Shown here: positions 12,801 through 25,350 of the stretch, piece by piece | Numbering within the stretch: position 1 is the stretch's first letter | How the letters are laid out: each line of letters begins with the position of its first letter | NCBI GenBank assembly: GCA_002269645.1 | Contig: NIVC01000016.1 | Coordinates: 496,001-560,000 of the forward strand | Direction of reading: 5' to 3' | From: Macrostomum lignano | Taxonomy: Eukaryota | DNA length: 64,000 nucleotides | Program-made: the position numbers and the translations under genes | Notes under the pieces: model-generated | Seen by the model: only the letters and a program-made list of their open reading frames with translations | Told to the model about the DNA's origin: nothing | Databases searched by the model: none

Positions 12801-14694
12801 TAAGAAATATCTATGAGGATTCTAAGAAATATGAGGTTTCTAAGAAATCTCAATTTGGATTCTAAGAAATATCTATGAGGGTTCTAAGAAATCTCAATTT
12901 GGATTCTAAGAAATATCTATGAGGGTTCTACTTGACGATCCTATAAAGTCCTCGTTTTTATTGAAGATACTTATTGTGTCCCATACTCAGCTTTTGTTCT
13001 GCGTTTTCAGCCATTGCGTCTCCTCATCAAAGTCACCTGAGCTTCTGCTCTGTAACAAAACCATTTACACTGCTGAAGTATTTTTATTATGTATGACAAT
13101 AATTTAAATTTATTGCCAATATAGTCGCATTCAGTTACAATTAGATCTCTTCAATTCAATCAATACTTTGAAACTGGATGCTAATTAGTTAACTGGTGAA
13201 GGCATGCATTGCCGGTCATACGAGTATTTTGTCCGCAACATTATTTCAATGCCACACAATATTGTCTTGAAAAGTTTATGAGCACTGGCTTAAGTGTCTT
13301 GTCCATGACTGTGAACTCTGTGACTGGCTCTGAACACTATGTGACCGTGAACAGTATGACTGTAACCGTGAACAGTATGGATATGTCCGTGAACACTATG
13401 ATTGTATCGAACAGAATGACTGTGACCGTGAACAGTATGGATATGTCCGTGAACACTATGATTGTATCGAACAGAATGACTGTGTCCGTGAACACTATGG
13501 ATGTGACCGTGTAAAATATTACTGACTGTGAACGCTGTGACTGACAGGAATCATTGTGACTTTAAACACAATGACTGTGATCGTGAACAGTATGACTGTG
13601 ACCGTGAACAGTATGGATATTTCCGTGAACACTATGATTGTACCGAACAGAATGACTGTGACCGTGAACAGTATGGATATGTCCGTGAACACTATGATTG
13701 TACCGAACAGAATGACTGTGACCGTGAACAGTATGGATATGTCCGTGAACACTATGATTGTACCGAACAGTATGACTGTGACCGTGAACAGTATGGATAT
13801 GTCCGTGAACACTATGATTGTATCGAACAGAATGACTGTGTCCGTGAACAGTATGGATATGTCCGTGAACACTATGATTGTACCGAACAGAATGACTGTG
13901 ACCGTGAACAGTATGGATATGTCCGTGAACAGTATGGATATGTCCGTGAACACTATGGATATGTCCGTGAACACTATGATTGTATCGAACAGAATGACTG
14001 TGTCCGTGAACACTATGGATGTGACCGTGTAAAATATTACTGACTGTGAACGCTGTGACTGACAGGAATCATTGTGACTTTAAACACAATGACTGTGATC
14101 GTGAACAGTAAACTTCACTATTCTCATCGGCAGCAGCAGCAGCAGCAGCCACCGCAACAGCCCGCCGAGTCAGACGAGGACCTGGTGTCGAAGTTCCGAC
14201 ACCCGCACCAGTCCTTCATGTCGGTGATTGGCGCCAGGGAGCGGCATCTGCGCCGAGTCCGGTCCATGTGGTCAGCTGACACGGTCAAGACTGCGGTAGA
14301 CTGCGCCCTGCTCATCCAAGACTCAGCTGTGCTCATCGACCTGTTGAACGTGCTGACGGCCAACCAGTCGCTGTGGACTCTGGACATCTCGGCGGCTCTG
14401 CTGCCGGCAATCCGCGACCTGTTTAACAGCAAGCACGCCAGCTACGTGGAGACCGGCGCGACCGCCGCGCTGCTGGTGCTGCGCCAGTTCTCAACTCTGA
14501 TCAAGAGCACTCTGTCTGCGCACGGCCTATCGCCCGGGGTGGATCTGAGCAGAGAGGACCGGGCGCAGCGCTGTCGGGTGTGCTACGATTGTTTCATGCA
14601 GATCAGCTCCGCCCTGGCCTCGCCGGACACTCTGTCCAAGGCCGGACAGACTGGCAGAGAGCTGAGGATGTTCCTGCTGCAGTTGCAGCTCTAG
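8522..14694 (+). CDS. KATNB1: Katanin p80 WD40 repeat-containing subunit B1; exons 8522-8874, 9366-9491, 10187-10547, 11035-11484, 12231-12460, 14134-14694; first short exon not located
   Basis: All exons have AG/GT boundaries with consistent phases. WD40 repeats (ECVAH...[45 protein letters not shown]), a Pro-rich linker, and a C-terminal katanin con80 domain ([17 protein letters not shown]). Stop TAG at 14692-14694. Confidence 0.93.
8885..9305. repeat. 32-bp intronic minisatellite (GCAGTGCGGCTTGCTGAGG[G/C]ATCAGTTTGATT), about 13 copies
   Basis: Fills KATNB1 intron 8875-9365. Confidence 0.92.
9604..9890. repeat. (GACA)n microsatellite in KATNB1 intron
   Basis: Direct inspection. Confidence 0.9.
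10635..10945. repeat. About 22-bp intronic minisatellite (GGAGAATTCCCTCAGATTATAT)n
   Basis: Direct inspection. Confidence 0.85.
11618..12165. repeat. 25-bp intronic minisatellite (GTGAGGTGA[G/A]GCTGATTGACAGCCA), about 21 copies
   Basis: Direct inspection. Confidence 0.92.
12540..12925. repeat. Degenerate about 21-bp repeat (GGATTCTAAGAAATATCTATGA-like)
   Basis: Direct inspection. Confidence 0.75.
13340..14108. repeat. 60-bp intronic minisatellite with a 518-bp higher-order duplication
   Basis: Lines 13621-13800 align in register at 60 bp. The unique spacer GTGTAAAATATTACTGACTG... recurs at 13503 and 14021. Confidence 0.9.
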
Positions 14695-15084
14695 AATTTC
14701 GGATAGGAATGGAAAAGTCTACACAGATTCTACTGGTTTTGCAGCCATCAATGATAACAGTGTTTTCTCCTCACTTTTCATTGCTTCAAATTGCTGCTGC
14801 TGTGTAATATCGGCCTTATAGAACTTATATGGTTATGTATATGTATATATCTGTCTGCTTGTGCACTCTGCGTTGAATCTGATTGACTGATAATTCTTCT
14901 CCATCCCTGCATCTCCGAGTTCATTCCCTCTATTTACTGAAGTACTATTAGTAGTAATGCACGCTTGGGTTAGTAGTTCAAAACGGGAATATGAACCGAT
15001 ATTTAGATATAAAACACATAAGCCACTAAGCCAGTCCAATAAACCACATTAGACTGTCCGAATTTGACTGTCGGCCCCAACCCT

Positions 15085-15688
15085 CAAATCCCTAACCCTG
15101 ATATAAATCCCAACCCTTAGGACCTTAACCCTAACCCGTAAAATCATAACTTCAACCCTTAAAACGCTAACCCCAACTTTCAAAATCATTACTTTAACCC
15201 TTAAAACCCTAACTCCAACCCTTCTCAAACTCTAACCCGAACCCTTAAATTCTAACGCGAACCTTTTAAACCCTAACTTCGACCCTTACAACCCTAATTC
15301 CAACCCTTAAAACCCTAATTCAAACCCTTAAAACCCTAACCTCAACCCTGAAAACCCCAACCTCAACCCTGAAAACCCTAACCTCAACCCTGAAAACCCT
15401 AACCTCAACCCTGAAAACTCTAACCTCAACCCTGAAAACACTAACCTCAACCCTGAAAACCCTATCCTTAACTCTTAAAACCCTAACCTCAACCCTGAAA
15501 ACCCTATCATCAACTCTTAAAACCCTATCCTCAACCCTGAAAACTCTAACCTCAACCCTGAAAACCCTATCCTCAACTCTTAAAACCCTAACCTCAATCC
15601 TGAAAACCCTAACCTCAACCCTGAAAACCCTAACCCCAACCCTGAAAACCCTAACCTCAATCCTGAAAACCCTAACCCCAACCCTTAA
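15085..15688. repeat. Telomere-like 21-bp minisatellite (AAAACCCTAACCTCAACCCTG)n
   Basis: CCCTAA/AACCCT-derived units; interstitial location. Confidence 0.8.
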
Positions 15689-18600
15689 AGCTATAATCCT
15701 TGTTTTGCACTGTGTTAATGCAAGCTGGTTTTGCAATTTATCTCAGCTGGTGTTTTAAAAAAAGTACTACTGGAGAAGGGGACAAGCAAGCAGAATTTCA
15801 CAATTGTTTCGGCCTCTCCAGTTTATTTTATTAAACGGACAGTGCAGTCCGCAAGTTCGAGTGCACTCATTTGCAATCGCTTAGAATTATCAAGGCCTGC
15901 GCTATTTTTACTAATTAATTCGTCTTCTATAGACAATAATTCGACCGCACTGCAATGTGCAAGTCACTTTTTATGTCTGGTAAATATTTCTTGCTTAGCG
16001 CGCTTGTTTGTGATTTATGGCCTTCTTAGAAATATTGTCACCTGATTGAAATCGCGACTTCAGGTTTTATTTAAACGCATGTGTCTATAGCTAACCGGAT
16101 CAGCACTGCTTACAGTGAGAACAAATTCTGTACAAGTGACTAATCAAGCGGGTCGGCATGCTATCATGTAGGGGGGGGGTAACTTTTTGAAGGCCGGTTT
16201 TTCCCTGAAGTTAAATTAATAGAGCTAACTCATTCTGGATTGAAGCAGTACAATTTCCTGTTTCCCTACTGAATTCTGAAGAGAAGAGCGGCCTATAAAA
16301 ATTCCAGGAATCAACAGTGTGCCGTCCTTACTTTGTCCTAGACATGCTGGAGTCATCATTGATTCTATATTTTGTTATTTTACGATTCTAAAGTCACATG
16401 CGGCATTAATTGACAGAAATTAGAAATGCCAACTGTTATTTTCACTATTGATCATTATTGGATTGAGTGGTAGTGAATGGATTTCCGATTAACTGGTGTT
16501 ACGAGCGGGCAGTTGATGCTTTCCTTCACTAACTAGAGTGCTTTTCATCAGTGAAACCCTCCATTACTTGTAGTTTTCGCTTTGTTACTCTGTTTTCGTG
16601 TTAATGGTATACTTACAAAATATATGAACAAGTTTGTTGACATACATAATCTACTTGAACTAGCTCTGCGTATTTTATTGAAAGAATTTCACCGGCTAAG
16701 AAATCAGACTGTTTTTGTTTTTTTGATAGAGTAGCTGCATTTATTTGTGGGTTGAAAATTTAAGAAAAATTGCGGATTTCCAAATCTTACGGATTGATTC
16801 GCTGAGGGGTGCGAACGCTAGATTTCGCAGGAGTTCCGTGCGGATGAGCATATGTGAGCTAGTTGCCTTGTTTACTCGATGATTACTAAAGTAGGACGGG
16901 AAACTACGTTTCTTGGAAATTTTTGGAGGACAAAATTTCCTCCGAAGAAATACATTACGGAGATAGGTTTTCATTTTCAACACAAAAATGGTCATTGCTT
17001 TTGATAGGAGGCAGACCTAAAGTTCCCTTTTTGATATGACTTGTCTTTCTTATGCTCTATTGATGGTGTTATCGATGTATATAGCTCGATCAATCTATAA
17101 TAGGTATATATATAACTGAAAAAGTTGGTGCTCATTCCAAAATAGCGACTATATAACTTCATTTATGTAGCCTTAGCATCTTCAAAACCAATTTACTGCG
17201 TGAGGAACGAAACTAATAATAATGGTCAGTCAGTCTACCGCACTCGGTCAAGGTGTAATAATGACAACGTGCATGTGTATGTACATGGTAATTTTACCTC
17301 GACACTTTAAAATCCTAGATTCTGCAATCAAACAAAGCTTACTAAATTTTGAATGTTCTATGTTTATCCTTAGTCAGCGAGTTTATTTATAACCCAGTAT
17401 GGCACTTATAACTTTTAAAATGAAAGTGAGAGCAAAGTCTAGCTTTCTAACGTTCAAAGTCGTGATGAGCAAGTTGTTACACATAGAGTTTAACAAGCAA
17501 TTTTACTCAGCGTTGCTTTCGCTTCAAGTATTTTTTTTGCTTTTGTCCATAATATTTGATCATTTTAAACCATGTAAATGGTATCCATAAAAGTTACGAT
17601 GATCGTACATTTAAACTGTCACATTTTAACGAGTTTTCATAGAAAGGATCGAATCGTTTCTATCTGATGTGCCTCATTTTCTGCTACAAGCTGAGCTGCC
17701 TGATCTGTGCGGCGTGAGATTTAACATACGGAGAAACGACCAGCGGAGCCTGCGGGCACGAGGAGATAGACTTTGTTATTTAATCTGACTAACTATATGC
17801 AAGTGACACTGCTTCGTTTTAATACTTGTGATATTATTCCCAGAAAGCGTAAAAATGTCTATTGATGACTATGTTCGAAGGCTAGACAGTGCATCTACTA
17901 TTCAAGACAAAGTCGATTTGATTAATGATGTGACATCAGATGAAGGTGATTTATTAAAATGCTTTCACTTTTATTATAACAACACAAGTAGATTGGTTGG
18001 TTTAATATAATGGCGATATTAAAGTAGATTACTCCAACCAGTCTAATCTGCTTTGAATTTACTAATAATAGGCATTTGGGCTGAAAAATATCTTGATATT
18101 ATGTGATGTGATGTAGACTGAACTGAAGTAGATTGCCTAACTTATCATATTTTATGTTAGGTATACTTTGTCTTTATATTGATATTTAGGCCTATTAATT
18201 TTGATTTTTTTAGTCAAAACCTAGCTATATCAACAAAATAGACATAAAATAGATTCTTTTCATTAGCTAGAATAATGCTAACAATATAAATAATAACGAA
18301 ATGTTCTTATTAGGTCCTTAGTTTTATGTTAGATAGAATCCCAATCAATGTTTTTATGCTAAATGCATTTAGATCTTGAACTTAAAATTGGTATCTTGAG
18401 AAATTAAACCAAAGATATAATTTATATATCTAGCCTAGGTCCAGTTCTTTTGAAAATGACATTAATATACATAAAAGTAAAAAATGTAGGATTAGGGTTT
18501 TCACTTATATATTTTTCTAGTCTTGTTTAGTAAATTAAATTAAAACTAAAAGTAACTTTGATAATTATTTTAATATAAAATATGTCTTGGCTTTAAAAAT

Positions 18601-18776
18601 TATATTTAACTTTAGTTTAAATTAGTGATGGACCAAATGTAGATTTTTGCAAGTTTCCAAAACCAAATCCAAATATACAAAAAAATTCCAAATCTGAATG
18701 TGTTTCCGAATATAGATAAAAGTAAAAGGTAAACAGCGAGAGTAACTATAACACCTTTCTGTGACAAAAATGCCTT

Positions 18777-19564
18777 GGGCTCATTCCATATAAGATAGAC
18801 ATATTTGGAAAATAGAAAAAGTCAATATTTTTGCTTGCCACTGCCTGATTAGCCAATTTTTTTACCAAATGTTTTTTATGTGTAACATCTACAATCTAAG
18901 AATAAATGAATAATAAAATGTTAGATTAGTATGTTATCAAGTGGCAAAAAGTAATTTTTGTAAAAATTTGGACAGTTTTTTAAGCAAAAGACATCATTAA
19001 GTTTGTGAACCTTTAAAAACAAATAGAAAGCTTTGGAAGGTTGAAACAAACTATAGATAAAAGTATAGTACTTGCATCATCAGATAAAAGTATTGATGAA
19101 CAAATAATCAATTATATGTTTAATATATTGGTACCTCTAAGTTACTGAATTGACAGAACAAAATATGTTACGACCAGAATGTTACGACCATAAGGCTGCC
19201 TTTTCTTTTGTATCTTTGTTGCCTTTTTGAGTTTATATATTCTACAAAAAGAGTATGATTTCTAAAGATGTTCTTAGTCAAATTTTAAAAAATTTATTGC
19301 AAAATATCAAAAATGAAAAATGTTATAAGACTTTTACCTTTTAGTTTCTATCTGTCAAAAATCCTGTCGTTACGACCAGAAGTGCCATTCAAGGTTTAAT
19401 AGCATCTATATTAATGATGATATCTACATGAAACTCTATAAAAATATTCTTGACAAAAAAATCTTTCATTTAAAATATTGGTTTAGTGTATTCTATTATT
19501 AGATTTCATTTTATAAGTAAAAATAGCCTGTCATGTTACGACCATAATTATATGGAATTGCCCC
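18777..19564. mobile_element. Putative non-autonomous DNA transposon (MITE-like, 788 bp)
   Basis: Left end GGGCTCATTCCATATAA vs reverse complement of right end GGGGCAATTCCATATAA (14/17 match). TT flanks both ends. Internal GTTACGACCA motif repeated 4 times towards the right end. Confidence 0.45.
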
Positions 19565-20773
19565 TTGTCATCTAATTAGTAATCATTAGTACTATGCATT
19601 AATTTACTGATAATTTACTGAATCTCGGGCTTATATTATATTTATATAGTATCTGAATTGAATTAAACTTAAAATTGAACCCAATTCTTTTATATTTAAT
19701 CTAACTAATTCCAATTACTAATAATAACTGACATTGTTTGTGCAATTTGATAACTTTACCATGTATAGTGCACCTTAAAATCCATTGAATTTGCATTTTG
19801 AAAAAAAGTGATAATTAAACTTAAACAATGATTACTGCAATTAAATATTTCTGTGACTTTAGGTTAAATGCCTCAAAGATCCTAAAGTTAAGTAACTTTA
19901 CTTATTAACACTTTTTAATAATATGTTATACAAAAACAGACAATTGTAAAAACAAATAATATTACATTAAATTTTGCATTCTCATCTTTCTAATTGACTT
20001 TATTTTAAAAAAGTTGTATTTCTTTTACATTAGCTTTGTTTTGGTTTTTCAATTTTTTCATATTTGGAAGCACATTAAAAAATTTAGAAAATAAAATTTC
20101 TGAATCCATACATAACATTTGGATTTCTAAAAGTGTGAGACTTTTTTATTTGGAATCCAAATCCAAATATTTGGATCTATCACTAGTTTAAATTCAAACT
20201 TGGATACAAACCTATATCTATTATTTGATAGATATATGTCAAAATAGCCACATGTGGAATGGCCACATGACAAAATGGCCATAGGGCCAGAATGGCCACA
20301 TGACAAAATGGCCATAACAATTGTTTGGTTGTTATACCATGTACAAAGTTGTGGCATAGCTCATGCAATGGCATAGCTCATGACATTAGTAGGCATTTAA
20401 AGTATGTCTTTTGTTATTATATCCATTTAACAGTATAAGTTCGACATGTTTGTATATATGATACATTTTGATACATACATATGCAATCATACATGTGCAA
20501 CTGCTGGCCGACCTGGCCGATTGGGCCACCGTAAATTGTGGTGGACCAGGGGTAAGTCGCAAAAATGCCCACCCCAAAGAATATAGATGTAGTACTAATT
20601 AAATGACGAGGCATTTAGCCCTTATAAGACAGACATAGTTACTCCTGCCGTTTACCCAAAATTGCATTAATGTTGCTCTAGGGTTTCTTTCACAGGTAAG
20701 TCGCATTTTTGGTCAAAAAGTAAGTCGCATGGCCAGTGCAAATCTGGGGGGTTGCGCATGTATGTGTGCAATC

Positions 20774-21910
20774 TTAGGAATCACCCGGCTATTTTTATTG
20801 GCAACACACACATGTAAGTCGCTATTGGCTGAGAGCAGTCACGTGACTACTATTCTGTCCAATAGCGACATACGAGGGGTATCCAAAAAGTAGTTATAAT
20901 TTTAACTGTAGCTCTCATTCTATAGCTTCCTATGATTTAAAATTTTATGAACTGATAGCGGCAAATCTCTTCTACAGACTGCTTTTTGAATTTTTAAAAT
21001 TGAGACCAAAGAACAAAAGTTATACCCACAAAAGTAACAGTACCTGTACCATAGAGTTACACAAACTATATCAAAATTTATAAAAGTCAACTTCTGCACT
21101 TATTCATTAAGAAGGCATCAAAAAATGTCTTGTTTAAGCAATACCAAAGCCCAATTGCAAAATGATGCTCACTGTGACTGACTGAAATTGTCTATGGACA
21201 GAATCATGCGCAGAAAGATAAAGCATTAAATTCATTACTTTATTTGCAAACAGAGGAGCTTGCATTTTGCAATTCATCCATGCTTTCATTGCCCATACTC
21301 AACGACACACATGGATATGCACTCAGTTGTTGCTCAGCAAAGTATCATCTACACTCTTTGGGGCGCTGGCCATACATAGTGCCCTAGAAATTTACACAAA
21401 ACTTTGCTCTGCGCATGGATCCTCTGTTGTCAGCAAAATGACAGTTTATCGATGGATGGAACAGTTCAGCAAGGGAAGGACTGACCTGGCAGATCAGCAT
21501 TGGACGGGGCAGCCATACATTCATTGACCTGATGTACTGGCAGACTCCATTCTGAATCTTCTTGACAAGGACTCCCGAATGACCATTAGAGAGATTGCTG
21601 ACAGGTTGGACAAGCCAAAATCAACAATTCATCAAAGCTTACTCGGCATGGATCTCATGAAGCTCAGCCTAAAATTTGTGTAACTCTATGATACAGGTAC
21701 TGTTACTTTCATGGGTATAACTTTTGTTCTCTGGTATCAATTTTAAAAATTCAAAAAGCAGTCTGTAGAAGAGATTTGCCGCTATTATTTCATAAAATTT
21801 TAAATCACAGGAAGCTATAGAACAAGAGCTACGGTTAAAAGTATCACTACTTTTTGGACACCCCTTGTATATATGTGTGTTGCCAATAGAAACAGCCAAG
21901 TGAATCCCAA
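20774..21910. mobile_element. Palindromic foldback/MITE-like element of about 140 bp, split by the mariner insertion
   Basis: 20774-20813 (TTAGGAATCACCCGGCTATTTTTATTGGCAACACACACAT) is inverted at 21871-21910. The inner arms GTCGCTATTGG/CCAATAGCGAC surround GTCACGTGAC. Confidence 0.6.
20873..21867 (+). mobile_element. Tc1/mariner internally deleted element (995 bp) with about 193-bp TIRs and TA target-site duplication
   Basis: TA|CGAGGGGTATCCAAAAAGT...ACTTTTTGGACACCCCTTG|TA. TIRs at 20873-21065 and 21675-21867. Internal transposase HTH remnant (EIYTKLCSAHGSSVVSKMTVYRWMEQFSKGRTDL...D; RMTIREIADRL...STIH...KLSLKFV) stops at the WVP linker; no DDD domain. Confidence 0.88.
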
Positions 21911-23094
21911 GCATGTTTTGATATAGCTTAGTATAATTATTTTATTTTCATAGAAAGTAGCAAAGCTAGAGATAGAGATGTGTATTTTAATTTCTTTCTA
22001 GACTTATGCAAAGTAAAAAATTTACTTTTACTTTTGTTATATATGGCCTTTTTGTTGTGACTGTTACATATATGGCCATTTGGATGGTACCCCCTTTTTG
22101 GCAAAGCCCTAATTTAAAAATGTTGTCTAATCTAATATATATAGAAATTAGACAACATATTTTTTGGATTCTAATCATATTCTTATAATCTTAATACCAT
22201 AGGACCCTAGTGAAATTTAAATACATATTTTATCTAATCTTAAAAGAATTTTGATCCTAGTTTATCTTTACTTCTAATTTTTAACTATATCAATATCAAG
22301 ATGCACCTTAAAGTTTATTGTTGCATTTACCAATTGAATACAAGGAATTAATACACTGTTAGTTAATTTGTCAAGAACTTTTTGTTTATTAATATTTATA
22401 GAAAGTCATTTTTACCGTGATAAATTATTTAGGCTTACAAGTTGTATATTTAGTTGTAGTTTTTAGAAACCTATCATAAAACTTAACTAATGTAAATTAT
22501 TTGTATATTTTAAATCATTCAAGATTAACTCTATCCTAGTATATAGCTAATATTATTTAGAGTTCTGCTATACCTATGGTTATGGCAATTGGAAGTTAGC
22601 AGATTTGTAAACTTTAAGGTTGAAAACAGCTATGAATATGGTTATTGGCCTAGGAATATACATTTCCCATATTTATATTGCCACCCAATAACTGAGACTT
22701 AATATATCTGTATTCCAATATTTAAATTTTATTCAAGCAGGTTACAAAGATGCATACATATTAGATCAAAATAAAATTATTTTTTATTTTTATGTTTTAA
22801 TATTTAATATTTAATAATATTTAATTTTCTATAATACATTATTTCATTATAAATGACACCTAGACTAACAAGTATAAAACATTATCTTTATTAATTTTAA
22901 CAAAATGACAAACTTTATCTTAGGCAATACAGAAAAAGTCAATTCGGAAAATAGATGTTAGTATTAAATATAAGACTAATTTACCAATATAAAAATATAG
23001 ATCAATTTTCGCCATTGTTACATTGCATTCCATTTACCTACTGTTAGATTATTACACAAATCCCCTATGCTCGGATTTGCCCCACTCCTCCCAG

Positions 23095-25045
23095 ACGTCC
23101 ACGTATTTGGCGAGCTCCTCAGCGATCCCCGACTTGCCTGTCTGGAGGCGGAGGCGCCGGCAGCCCACCAGCTGCTGCGGCTGTTCGCCTACGGCACCTA
23201 CGCTGACTACGCCGCCACCGCAGCCCCCAGCTCAGCGCTGAGCCCGCGGCAGCTGCGCAAACTTCGCCGCCTCAGCGTTGTGCAGGCGGCTCGCACCCAG
23301 CGCAGCCTCGCCTATGCCAGCCTGCTGACCAGCCTGGGTCTGGACAGCGTGCCAGAGCTCGAGTCCCTGCTGGCCGAGATGATCACTATGGGCCTGTTTC
23401 AGGGCAAGCTGGACCAGCGCGACCAGCTGCTGCAGGTGAGGAGTGCGCGGATTAACAGTTTTTATTGTCTGTGGATCTCCGGTGCCCATGGCGATTTTGG
23501 TTTCAGGATTGAACTCTGAAGCCTCCGAGAGTCACCTCACATCCCACATCCTCTATGGGAATCGCCCCATCACCTATGAGAATCGCCTCATCCACTATGA
23601 GAACCACCCCATCCCTATGAGAATATCCCATCCCTATGAGAATATCCCATCCCTATGAGAATATCCCATCCCTATGAGAATATCCCATCCCTATGAGAAT
23701 ATCCCATCCCTATGAGAATCTCCCATCCCTATGAGAATCGCCTCATCCACTATGAGAACCACCCCATCCCTATGAGAATATCCCATCCCTATGAGAATAT
23801 CCCATCCCTATGAGAATCGGGATGGGATATTCTCATATTCTCACTATGAGAACCACCCCATCCCTATGAGAATCTCCCATCCCTATGAGAATCGCCCCTA
23901 TCCCTATGAGAATCTCCCATCCCTATGAGAATCCCCCATCCCTATGAGAATCACCCCATCCCTATGAGAATCCCCCATCCCTATGAGAAGAATCACCCCA
24001 TCCCTATGAGAATCCCCCATCCCTATGAGAATCACTCCATTCCTATGAGAATCCCCCATCCCTATGAGAATCACCCTATCCCTATGAGAATCCCCCATCC
24101 CTATGAGAATCACTCCATTCCTATGAGAATCCCCCATCCCTATGAGAATCACCCTATCCCTATGAGAGTCGCCTTATACCCTGTGAGAATCGTCTCATAC
24201 CCTGTGAGAATCGTCTCATCCCCTGTAAGAATCGTCCCATCACTATGAGAGTCGCCCCATCACTATTAGAATCGCCCCATCACTATGAGAATCGCCCCAT
24301 CACTATGAGAGTCGCCCCATCCTTATGAGAATCGTCTCATCCCCTGTAAGAATCGTCCCATCACTATGAGAGTCGCCCCATCACTATTAGAATCGCCCCA
24401 TCACTATGAGAATCGCCCCATCACTATGAGAATCGCCCCATCACTATGAGAGTCGCCCCATCACTATGAGAATCACCCCATCACTATGAGAATCGCCCCA
24501 TCACTATGAGAATCGCCCCATTACTATGAGAGTCGCTCCATCCTTATGAGAGTCGCCCCATCCCCTGTAAGAATCGCCCCAGCCCCTATTAAAATTGTTT
24601 CCCTCTATGAGAATCGTCTCATCCCCTGTAAGAGTCGCCCCATCCCCTGAGAATTGCCAATAAAATCCTGCAGTCCCTACCGCCACCCGCCCTGCCGCAG
24701 GTGTACAGCTGCATGGGCCGGGACGTGCCGCCCGAAGAGCTGCCCAGCCTAGTGGCAGCCCTGGAGGCCTGGTCTGAGGCCTGCCGCCAGTCGCTGGGCC
24801 TGGTGTGCTCCGAGATGGAGACGGCCGAGGCCAGGCACGCGCAGGCCCAGCAGGCCAGGCGCCAGGTGGAGGAGCGAGTCGAGGCCGAGCGGGTCAAGGC
24901 GCTCGCCCAGCGGGAGGCGGCCACCGCTGCCACCGCCGCCCCTTCCGGTCACGATAGCGCCGAGTACGGCTCCTCCGGCGCCGGGGCTGGCGGCGCCAGC
25001 TCGATGAAGTCGCTAAAAAAAGTGCGACTGTCCGCCAAGAAGTGA
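23095..25045 (+). CDS. COPS7: COP9 signalosome complex subunit 7 (PCI domain); exons 23095-23435 and 24701-25045; N-terminal exon not located
   Basis: VHVFGELL...LLRLFAYGTYADY...KLRRLSVV...GKLDQRDQLLQV|YSCMGRD...W matches the CSN7 pattern (VYVFGELL, FAYGTYADY, LDQRNQ, GRD). Canonical splice sites. Confidence 0.92.
23545..24650. repeat. About 20-21-bp intronic minisatellite (CCCCATC[C/A]CTATGAGAATC)n
   Basis: Fills the COPS7 intron. Confidence 0.9.
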
Positions 25046-25156
25046 ATTGCTAATTGGGGAACGAACTGATGGCGTCCCCGTCTCGGATCCCAGTGCTCAG
25101 ATAATGCTTACACTTTAAAGACTCCCTGTTCTGCGTTTGAGTCTTTAATCACATGC

Positions 25157-25350
25157 CCTGAAATCCCCAATTTCCCTCACACTGAAATCCCTAATTTCCT
25201 TCGAGTTGAACTCCCTAATTTCCCTCAGAATGAAATCCCCAATTTCCCTCAGATCGAAATCCCTAATTTCCCTCACACTGAAATCCCTAATTTCCTTCGT
25301 ATTGAAATCCCCAGTTTCCATCAGATTGAAATCCCCAATTTCCCTCATAC
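25157..25350. repeat. 24-bp tandem repeat (GAAATCCC[C/T]AATTTCCCTCA...)
   Basis: Direct inspection. Confidence 0.8.
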
